DNA of 64,000 nucleotides from a virus: IMG/VR virus record IMGVR_UViG_3300042894_004439, positions 1 to 64,000 of that record; one strand, 5' to 3'. Shown piece by piece: positions 56,618 to 64,000 of this stretch (position 1 is its first letter; each line of letters starts with the position of its first letter). The notes under the pieces were generated by a model. It saw only the letters and a program-made list of their open reading frames with translations, ran no database searches and was not told where the DNA came from. The position numbers and the translations under genes were made by a program.

Positions 56618-57219
56618 ACGCAAGAATTTCAACAGATCTCCATTTCATTGCCGGAGTGTATTACGACGGAGTCCTGCAGATGAATTCCTACATACTAAAA
56701 CTCTGGATGATGACTTGCACTGCTGACGCCGAAAGTCATAACATAGCATTTGAGCGAATAAAATATTTTGTGTACAATCAACTTGACAGTTCAATTTTGA
56801 TCAACAGTGAGCACCAAGAACAGTGTGAAAAATTTGTTGCAGCAGGACTAAAAGTAACCACAATGCCCACAGAACCAGTTGATCAATTGGTGGGGATTAT
56901 GTTATACTACAAGCTCAACTCCATAATGGAAGGTCGAATAACTGTGGCAGAAACTGAAATAAGCAGTACTCTAGGCGATGCTATGGTTTATCTACATAAT
57001 GAAATAGAAAATCTAGAAATAGACAATCAGCCAGATTGGTGGAAATCTGCAGACCTTGATCACTGTGACACTGATCTACTAGACACTGACAAAATAGTAT
57101 CAATGCCACATTTGCAATCATGGAAAAAATTAGATCTAGATTGGCCTGCCACTGTGGATCAAAACACAGTTGGAAACACTGTGGTATTTGCAGATTTTAG
57201 CAAGAATGATACAGAATAA
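56614..57219 (+). CDS. hypothetical protein
   Basis: ATGA-coupled, 201 aa. Confidence 0.7.
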   Translation: MNARISTDLHFIAGVYYDGVLQMNSYILKLWMMTCTADAESHNIAFERIKYFVYNQLDSSILINSEHQEQCEKFVAAGLKVTTMPTEPVDQLVGIMLYYKLNSIMEGRITVAETEISSTLGDAMVYLHNEIENLEIDNQPDWWKSADLDHCDTDLLDTDKIVSMPHLQSWKKLDLDWPATVDQNTVGNTVVFADFSKNDTE

Positions 57220-57730
57220 ATTTGGTGAAATGATATTTGATGAAACAGACATATGTGATCTGTTGATGCAAGGACGTGATTTTAAAAGTCTCAAAGGTAT
57301 GTTGGTTGATAGTTCAGTGGATATTGAAAAAATAGTAAGTTTTGTTGAAAATTTTCCAGACACTTTAGTTCATTATAAATTTGATAGTGAAAACAGTACA
57401 GCAGTTCCGGACTGGGATAGGGTTCAACAACAGACTTGGTTCATGCCTGATGAATATCGTCAGTTAGATATTGCTCAATTTGTGTTAGATCTGTGCACCG
57501 GCGAGTCAGAGCTACAACGATGTGGAGAAGAATTGTTGTTGTATCAAGAACGCAGTTTATTTCCTTTGTTACAGTATCTAAAATATCTAGTGGATGTTAT
57601 GACTCAAAATCAAGTGATCTGGGGAGTTGGCAGAGGATCCAGCGTGGCCAGTTTTGTATTGTACAAATTAAAGGTTCATCGCATTGACAGTTTGTACTAT
57701 AATTTAGATGTATGCGAATTTTTGCGTTAA
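57206..57730 (+). CDS. N-terminal fragment of a split DnaE (family C polymerase)
   Basis: WFMPDEY, RCGEELLLY, IWGVGRGSSVASFVLYKLKVHRIDSL; stops just before the PDIDxD motif. Confidence 0.8.
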   Translation: MIQNKFGEMIFDETDICDLLMQGRDFKSLKGMLVDSSVDIEKIVSFVENFPDTLVHYKFDSENSTAVPDWDRVQQQTWFMPDEYRQLDIAQFVLDLCTGESELQRCGEELLLYQERSLFPLLQYLKYLVDVMTQNQVIWGVGRGSSVASFVLYKLKVHRIDSLYYNLDVCEFLR

Positions 57731-57757
57731 ATATGCAATCGTTTAAAGGAAATAATT

Positions 57758-58231
57758 ATGACCAATAGAACTTATAAAACAGCCCAAGGAAAAACAGTTG
57801 ATTTGGGTCAACTTATATTAAAAAATGAAACTGTTAGGGCAGTGGGCAACATGAATGTCAATGCACGTGGCGATCTATTAGACAGTTCAAATCGAGTTAT
57901 TGATTCTAAAAATCAACAAATACAACGCCAACATCAACAACAAATTGTCAACAATGTGTCTGACCGAACTGTGCATACCAGTAATGTACATGCTAGACGA
58001 GCCAGAAAAGCCGCGCAACAAGATACGCCCACAGTTGATACTGACCTTGAAGATGCACCAGTGGACATTGTGCCCGAGATAACACCTGAGCCCGTGGATA
58101 CAACTCCAGTTGATACTGCACCCGGCGGTGGACTGGCAGCAGCCATTGCTCGATCAAGAACAGTGGTACAAGAAAAAGAAAAAACACCAAGAGAAATCAA
58201 ACAATTCAAACCCGGAGTAAACAGAATTTAA
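57758..58231 (+). CDS. hypothetical late protein
   Basis: YKTAQGKTVD..AVGNMNVNARGD; TAAATA at 57728. Confidence 0.75.
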   Translation: MTNRTYKTAQGKTVDLGQLILKNETVRAVGNMNVNARGDLLDSSNRVIDSKNQQIQRQHQQQIVNNVSDRTVHTSNVHARRARKAAQQDTPTVDTDLEDAPVDIVPEITPEPVDTTPVDTAPGGGLAAAIARSRTVVQEKEKTPREIKQFKPGVNRI

Positions 58232-58233
58232 CC

Positions 58234-58620
58234 ATGACAAAACTAGCATTTGCGCCGCACCGATTTAACAAATCACAAATACATCCATTGAACAACAGTG
58301 TCATAGTGTCTGACATGTTGTTTGATCAACGCATCACAAGTGGAGGAATTATCCTACCCAATGATAACGGCACAGGATCTGGTATTCGTCCACGCTGGGG
58401 TCAGGTGTATGCCATTGGTCCAGATCAACTGGATGTCAAAATAGGACAATGGATCTGTGTAGCGCACGGTCGCTGGACTCGAGGTATTGATATTGAGGAT
58501 GAAGATGGAAAGAAAACTCTGCGCAGAATTGACCCTGACGATATCTTAATGGTGTCTGACACTTTTGTGGAAGACGATACCATGAGTGATGCAGTCAACG
58601 TGACCAAGAAAGAACGCTAA
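58234..58620 (+). CDS. GroES-like co-chaperonin
   Basis: PLNNSVIV..TSGGIILP..GQVYAIGP..VKIG. Confidence 0.8.
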   Translation: MTKLAFAPHRFNKSQIHPLNNSVIVSDMLFDQRITSGGIILPNDNGTGSGIRPRWGQVYAIGPDQLDVKIGQWICVAHGRWTRGIDIEDEDGKKTLRRIDPDDILMVSDTFVEDDTMSDAVNVTKKER

Positions 58621-58623
58621 CTC

Positions 58624-59706
58624 ATGTATGCCAATGGCATAGAAAAAGTCGAAATAGAACTGACCACACGATGTAATGCATCATGTCCGCAATGTTCAAG
58701 AAATTATTTCGGAGGAAAAGTTTGGCCAACGCTACCAATTGTTGATTTAAAATTAAGTGTTTTAAAAGAAAAACTTAGTAAATCATTTTTATCAACTTTA
58801 AAACAAATTGATTTAATAGGAACCTATGGTGATCCTTGCATACACAAAGATTTAATAGCCATTGTAACATGGATACATGAATCCACAGATGCCAAAATAG
58901 TTATCAGTACCAATGGTAGTTTGCGCAGCACTGATTGGTGGCACAAGCTTGGCAGTACACTGCGATCGCAAGATCGTGTGCTGTTTGGAATTGACGGACT
59001 AGAAGACACTAATCATTTGTATAGAAAAGGTACTAACTTTAAAAAAATTATTGCCAATATGACTGCATTTAATAATGCAGGTGGAAAAAGCATTTGGAGC
59101 TATGTTGTATTTCAACACAACGAGCATCAAATTGACAAGGCAAAAAAACTAAGTGAGGAATTGAATTGTTATGGTTTTGCAGTAAAACCCACCAACAGAT
59201 TTGTAAACAAACAACACAACTTAATTGAAAATTTTCCAGTTGTAAATAAAAATGGAAAAACAATTTATTGGTTGCAACCTCCTACAAATACTGCATATAT
59301 TAATCCAGGTTACAAAAAGTATAAAGGACTCAACGAAGGTCCTGGTGATTACAATAACTATTTAAAAAATACTCAAATTGATTGTTTTGGAGTAAAAATT
59401 AAATATGTTGTAATTTCTGCCGAAGGATATGTTTTTCCGTGTGGATGGTTGCAGGACAGACTGTATGGATATGAAGCAGAATCGCACCCTGACAGGCAAC
59501 GGTTACTTGATCTAATAGAAAAATCGGGCGGGTTTGACAGTATTAATATACGTTACAAATCTGTAACTGAAATTCTTGCTGGTGATTTTTTTAAAAGTAT
59601 TAAAGATTCATGGACCAATGAATATCGTCTTGATAGATGTGCCAATCAATGCGGTGCACACAATTTATTTGGTGCATCTTATAATAATATTAAAGAACTG
59701 TTATGA
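58624..59706 (+). CDS. radical SAM/SPASM protein
   Basis: CNASCPQC, GTYGDP, STNG, FGIDG, VFPC, CANQC. Confidence 0.9.
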   Translation: MYANGIEKVEIELTTRCNASCPQCSRNYFGGKVWPTLPIVDLKLSVLKEKLSKSFLSTLKQIDLIGTYGDPCIHKDLIAIVTWIHESTDAKIVISTNGSLRSTDWWHKLGSTLRSQDRVLFGIDGLEDTNHLYRKGTNFKKIIANMTAFNNAGGKSIWSYVVFQHNEHQIDKAKKLSEELNCYGFAVKPTNRFVNKQHNLIENFPVVNKNGKTIYWLQPPTNTAYINPGYKKYKGLNEGPGDYNNYLKNTQIDCFGVKIKYVVISAEGYVFPCGWLQDRLYGYEAESHPDRQRLLDLIEKSGGFDSINIRYKSVTEILAGDFFKSIKDSWTNEYRLDRCANQCGAHNLFGASYNNIKELL

Positions 59707-60245
59707 CTACAGTAGCACTGGTAGGCGGTGGCGATTTGGCCGACGTTTTTTGTGAAAAAAATAAAAACAACTACAAGATTAAAATTTATACACATAGCAA
59801 TTTTGACATAACTGATCAAGATAATTGCAACGCACTGGTTGATCAGCTGTTAGATTTCCATGCAATTGTTATCACAGCAGGATACATGGGCAATGATATA
59901 TGGAAAATGTGGCTAACCAACACAGTAGGACCGTCGTATATAATTAATAAATTGATTGAAAAAAATTATAGTGGACATGTTATAGTGATATCGAGCAATG
60001 CGGGAAACTGGACCAGTTGGCCAGATATTGATCTTACTAGATTATCCTATAATAATACAAAAAATGCAATAAGCAATTTTGTACACGGAGTAAAACAAAA
60101 AAACTATAAAGGAAAATATTCCGTGATTGAGCCATCAAAATTTAAATCGTCAATGAGTAATTTTCAAGGTCATGATATCAACACAATCGTCAATGTGTTG
60201 GAATTCATGCTAGCCAATGATACAATTTGGAATGTAAAAATTTAA
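59703..60245 (+). CDS. short-chain dehydrogenase-like NAD(P)-binding protein
   Basis: LVGGGDLA, ITAG, ISS, YNNTK (YxxxK). Confidence 0.7.
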   Translation: MTTVALVGGGDLADVFCEKNKNNYKIKIYTHSNFDITDQDNCNALVDQLLDFHAIVITAGYMGNDIWKMWLTNTVGPSYIINKLIEKNYSGHVIVISSNAGNWTSWPDIDLTRLSYNNTKNAISNFVHGVKQKNYKGKYSVIEPSKFKSSMSNFQGHDINTIVNVLEFMLANDTIWNVKI

Positions 60246-60246
60246 T

Positions 60247-60468
60247 ATGGGATTTCAGAAACCTGATTTGTTTAAAGCACAGTATGCTATTCAAAAAACT
60301 TTGGGCGAAATACATAGCCCCTACAACGATGGATGGACAGCCTCCGGTTGCAAACAAGAACTTTATATGTTAAAATGTTGGTTAGAAGATGAATATAATC
60401 AACTTCCAAAATTTTCAGGAGAAGAAAAATGGGAACAGGAACGTATAGTAGAGTTATTAAGGAAATAG
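60247..60468 (+). CDS. hypothetical protein
   Basis: 73 aa ORF. Confidence 0.65.
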   Translation: MGFQKPDLFKAQYAIQKTLGEIHSPYNDGWTASGCKQELYMLKCWLEDEYNQLPKFSGEEKWEQERIVELLRK

Positions 60469-60469
60469 T

Positions 60470-61387
60470 ATGAAAGCGTTATGGACAGAGTTGTATAGGC
60501 CCAACACACTAGATGGCTATGTATTTAAAGATACCGCACAACGAGAACAAATAGAAAGTTGGGTACGAGAAGGATCAATTCCGCATTTGTTATTTTCTGG
60601 TGCGCCTGGCGTAGGAAAAACCACACTGGCTAAAATTTTAATTAATCTACTAGACATTGACACATATGACGTCCTGGAAATCAATGCCAGTCGAGAAAAT
60701 TCAGTGGACACAATTCGTGACAAGATCACAGGATTTGTACAGACCATGCCATTTGGCCAATTCAAAGTGGTACTGTTAGACGAAGCAGATTATATCACAC
60801 CCAATGGGCAAGCAGCTCTACGCGGAGTCATGGAAACATATCATGCGTCGGCTCGATTCATACTTACTTGCAATTACCCTAATCGGGTTATTCCTGCTCT
60901 GCACAGTCGGTGTCAAGGATTTCACATTGACAGAATTGATCTCACTGAATTTACTGCTCGTATTGCCACTGTTCTTGTGGAGGAACATGTGGAGTTTGAG
61001 TTAGATACCCTAGACACTTATGTGAGATCAACTTATCCAGATTTGCGTAAATGCTTAAACACCTGTCAGATGAATTCTACCACAGGTACATTGATAGCGC
61101 CACAAAATACTGGCGTCGGATCACAAGACTGGAAATTGTCAGCAGTAGATTTGTTTAAAACAGGTCGCATACTTGAAGCTCGAAAGCTCATGTGTGCTAA
61201 TGCTCGAGCAGAAGAAATGGAAGAAATGTTTCGTTGGTTGTATGACAATTTAGATCTTTGGGGGAAAGACCAAGAAACACAGGATCAAGCAATTATCATT
61301 ATTCGTCAAGGATACGTTAATGTTCCATTGGTGGCGGATCAAGAGATAAATTTGAGCGCAACATTATGTGAGTTGTCAAGACTATGA
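60470..61387 (+). CDS. RFC/gp44-type clamp loader ATPase
   Basis: WTELYRP, GAPGVGKTT, EINAS, LLDEAD, FILTCN, SRC, PDLRK. Confidence 0.92.
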   Translation: MKALWTELYRPNTLDGYVFKDTAQREQIESWVREGSIPHLLFSGAPGVGKTTLAKILINLLDIDTYDVLEINASRENSVDTIRDKITGFVQTMPFGQFKVVLLDEADYITPNGQAALRGVMETYHASARFILTCNYPNRVIPALHSRCQGFHIDRIDLTEFTARIATVLVEEHVEFELDTLDTYVRSTYPDLRKCLNTCQMNSTTGTLIAPQNTGVGSQDWKLSAVDLFKTGRILEARKLMCANARAEEMEEMFRWLYDNLDLWGKDQETQDQAIIIIRQGYVNVPLVADQEINLSATLCELSRL

Positions 61388-61695
61388 GATATATGATTTT
61401 AACTTATTTCAAACAGGCATCTGGTAAAATTGATGAGGTCATGTCGTTGTCTAAACGAATAAAGCCCACAGATTTACAAACGGCAAGTATCATACTTGAC
61501 TTTCGTGATCAAGTTGTGCTAAAATGTATGATAGACGGCAAATCAATGCCCCGTGATTGGGACACAATTGTTTCTTATTATTACGAGCACTACAAATCAA
61601 TCATGGAACGATTATTTAAGGAAAATGGACATGAACTTAAAATGGAAGAAAAGCCAGTTGAACAAACAACTGGCAATGCAGTTCCAACAGAATAA
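61384..61695 (+). CDS. hypothetical protein
   Basis: ATGA-coupled. Confidence 0.7.
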   Translation: MRYMILTYFKQASGKIDEVMSLSKRIKPTDLQTASIILDFRDQVVLKCMIDGKSMPRDWDTIVSYYYEHYKSIMERLFKENGHELKMEEKPVEQTTGNAVPTE

Positions 61696-61707
61696 GTCGA
61701 TAAGTCG

Positions 61708-62559
61708 ATGAGTTATTTTAATTTATTAGTCAAAATACACAAGAATCTTTCATCTCCAGCAAGATCGTGGTATCATGAATCATTGCACAATAAAGACACT
61801 TTGTTAATCACAGCTGGGGACAGTTGGACCTGGGGAGATAGTCTTTTTGACATTGACGCCGAAGCTGGTAAGCAAGATCATCCTGACAGAGTTAATAAAA
61901 TATATGGTGCATTGCTAGCGAAAAAACTAGATGCTGATTTTATCAATCTTGCCAAGTGTGCCGGTGCCAATATAGAGTTTTGTGATTGGGTAAAAAGTCT
62001 TTTACCAATGGTTGAAACAAAATATAAAAAGATTATTGTGGCAATTACTCTCACCGAGAACTGCCGAGAAGCACATTGGGATAGAGTTTGGGTTCCTGAA
62101 GAGCAGCCCAGTCTTGAAGAATATTTGTGTGAATACGAAAAAAATATGTTTGAGAATCTTGCTCAGACATTCAAGCAACACAGTTCAATTCAATTTGTAG
62201 TTTCTAGAAACTTTACCTACAGTTTTGACAGTAACATTTCGGTACTCAAGGATTATCTCACTGAAAAAATCTGGGTCGATTGTTTAGCCGAGTATCAGAG
62301 CAATCAAGATTATCCCACTGATGTTAGGTTTCTTTCTAGTATTGCACTGGTGCCATTGCACAAGCTACTCAAAGATATTGACCTATATAAAAAATATAAA
62401 TTTCAATTTATGAGTTTATATGCCAGCAGTGAGTTGGCAATCTCATGGTTAGAGAAAAGTAAGTTGAATTACCAAAAAGCCACAAAACACCCAACCGAAC
62501 TTGGGCATGAGATTTGGGCAGATTATCTATACAATACAATCACTGCCCGTTTGCATTGA
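61708..62559 (+). CDS. SGNH-like protein
   Basis: TAGDSWTWG, NLAKCAGAN, KHPTELGHEIWA. Confidence 0.7.
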   Translation: MSYFNLLVKIHKNLSSPARSWYHESLHNKDTLLITAGDSWTWGDSLFDIDAEAGKQDHPDRVNKIYGALLAKKLDADFINLAKCAGANIEFCDWVKSLLPMVETKYKKIIVAITLTENCREAHWDRVWVPEEQPSLEEYLCEYEKNMFENLAQTFKQHSSIQFVVSRNFTYSFDSNISVLKDYLTEKIWVDCLAEYQSNQDYPTDVRFLSSIALVPLHKLLKDIDLYKKYKFQFMSLYASSELAISWLEKSKLNYQKATKHPTELGHEIWADYLYNTITARLH

Positions 62560-62605
62560 CTTAATATTATACTTCTGTTATTATAAACTACAAAGATGGA
62601 GTGAT

Positions 62606-63217
62606 ATGTATAAAGATTTTAAAAATTCTGACCAATTGATCTTAGTCGACTGCGACGGTGTACTGCTTAATTGGGAGTATGCTTTTGCAATCTGGATGGA
62701 ATCACATGGATTTGAGTCAGTTCCGGGTGGTGAATTAAACTACAACATTGGCGAACGTTATAATATCTCTCATGAACAGGGTCGAAAACTGATCAAGATG
62801 TTTAATGAAAGCGCCGCAATTGGTTTTCTTCCACCATTGCGCGATGCCATGTACTATGTTAAAAGATTACACGAAGAACATGGTTATGTTTTTCATTGCA
62901 TTACCAGTCTTAGCACAGATCCCAACGCACAGAAATTACGCAAGATGAATCTTGACAAATTGTTTGGCGATACAGTATTTGAAAAGATTGTGTGTTTACC
63001 CACAGGTGCTGACAAACACGAAGCACTCGAGCCTTATAGAGACTCTGGTTGCTGGTGGGTCGAGGACAAGCCCGAAAATGCCGAAGTTGGCCATGCAGTA
63101 GGATTAAAATCATTGATCATTGAGCACGGGCATAACATGCACTATCATAATGAACACATCACGATAGTAAAAAACTGGCGTGATGTGTATCAAATTATCA
63201 CTGATCAATCAGTGTAA
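62606..63217 (+). CDS. HAD-family 5'(3')-deoxyribonucleotidase-like protein (T4 gp30.2-like)
   Basis: LVDCDGVL, ITSL, WVEDKPEN, HN. Confidence 0.8.
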   Translation: MYKDFKNSDQLILVDCDGVLLNWEYAFAIWMESHGFESVPGGELNYNIGERYNISHEQGRKLIKMFNESAAIGFLPPLRDAMYYVKRLHEEHGYVFHCITSLSTDPNAQKLRKMNLDKLFGDTVFEKIVCLPTGADKHEALEPYRDSGCWWVEDKPENAEVGHAVGLKSLIIEHGHNMHYHNEHITIVKNWRDVYQIITDQSV

Positions 63218-63939
63218 AGTTTTAATACGGATCCTATGATCTCGTGTCGCTGAATATCGCGAGCTGACAACTCGCACACAGCAATACCATTTACACCCCC
63301 TTCCTCCAGTCTTTGACAAAGGTCCATAAGGCCATTGTCGCCATTACTACGGTCGGCTTGTTCTATGTCTCCAGTGATCACAATTTTACTGTGTACACCT
63401 ATACGGGTCATCAGCATCTTGGTCTGGGCGGGTGTTGCGTTTTGCATTTCATCTGCAATGATCCATGAGTTCTTGAAAGTTCTACCTCTCATAAACGCCA
63501 ATGGGGCTATTTCTATCACTTGATCTTCTATCATGCCTGCAATTTCCGGCGGGCGATAATACTCTCGTAACACATCCAATAACGGACGAGTCCACGGTTC
63601 CATTTTGGCAACCAAGTTGCCGGGTAAGAATCCATGTTGTTCACCTTCTACACCCACTGCTGGGCGTGTTAGTACTATACGTTCACAATCTCCTTCTTTT
63701 AGTGCTTTTACAGCGGCCTGCATGGCAAGGTAAGTTTTACCAGTACCAGCGGGTCCTACTGTGACTACGATGTGTTGCGCTTCATCTTGAAGAGCCAGCA
63801 CCAAGCGTTCCTGGTTCCTAGTTCTAGGAACCAATTCTACTCTGCGAGTGGATATTTTTGGAAGTGCTTGATTAAAACTTATAGTGTTTTCTACTGGATT
63901 CATATGACGATGTGCTTTTGCGGCTCTTTGTCTGCTCAA
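63205..63939 (-). CDS. phoH: PhoH-like ATPase
   Basis: GPAGTGKT, LTRP, GFLPG, PLAFMRGRT, IADEMQN, TRIG, ITGD..Q.D, QRH. Confidence 0.95.
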   Translation of the reverse strand: MSRQRAAKAHRHMNPVENTISFNQALPKISTRRVELVPRTRNQERLVLALQDEAQHIVVTVGPAGTGKTYLAMQAAVKALKEGDCERIVLTRPAVGVEGEQHGFLPGNLVAKMEPWTRPLLDVLREYYRPPEIAGMIEDQVIEIAPLAFMRGRTFKNSWIIADEMQNATPAQTKMLMTRIGVHSKIVITGDIEQADRSNGDNGLMDLCQRLEEGGVNGIAVCELSARDIQRHEIIGSVLKLYTD

Positions 63940-64000
63940 GTGCTATTCTCCATATGGTTAAATGCCAACAATTACTGCTGGCAAAGTATTTAGGCATAGG

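Noticed and set aside
1-64000. tRNA/rRNA genes and stop-codon recoding
   Set aside because: No cloverleaf or T-loop signature seen in the short intergenic gaps; known genes are intact in code 11 and end in TAA, TAG or TGA

Overview
An AT-rich, gene-dense 64 kb segment of a large T4-like/jumbo tailed phage genome in the standard genetic code. I found no rRNA, tRNA, CRISPR array or transposase. It carries virion genes (two long fibre proteins, a LamG protein, an Ig-repeat baseplate-like protein) and replication/repair genes (RFC-type clamp loader, a split DnaE N-terminal fragment, a second compact PHP-less DnaE beside UvsE). Host-like auxiliary genes include clpX, clpP, clpS, hsp20, a groES-like gene, rpsU/bS21, infA, pstS, phoH, Fe/Mn SOD, erpA/iscA and a fatty acid desaturase. 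Scattered glycan/lipid-modifying enzyme genes include GT4, GT9-like, four SGNH-like paralogues, two radical SAM proteins, an amidinotransferase, a 2OG-Fe oxygenase and an AMP ligase. An early region of small ORFs lies behind repeated TTGACC-17-TATAAT promoters, and TAA(A/G)TA late-type promoters occur throughout. A freshwater betaproteobacterial host is inferred, not proven. The most notable signal is a candidate PHA-granule module at 14.8-16.9 kb with two PhaR-box-like operators overlapping sigma70 promoters. Its phasin-like gene shares a two-hairpin ROSE-like RNA leader with hsp20. Also notable are many apparently leaderless genes alongside phage-encoded bS21 and IF-1, and two different DnaE architectures. 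All protein calls come from motif recognition by eye; no searches were run.
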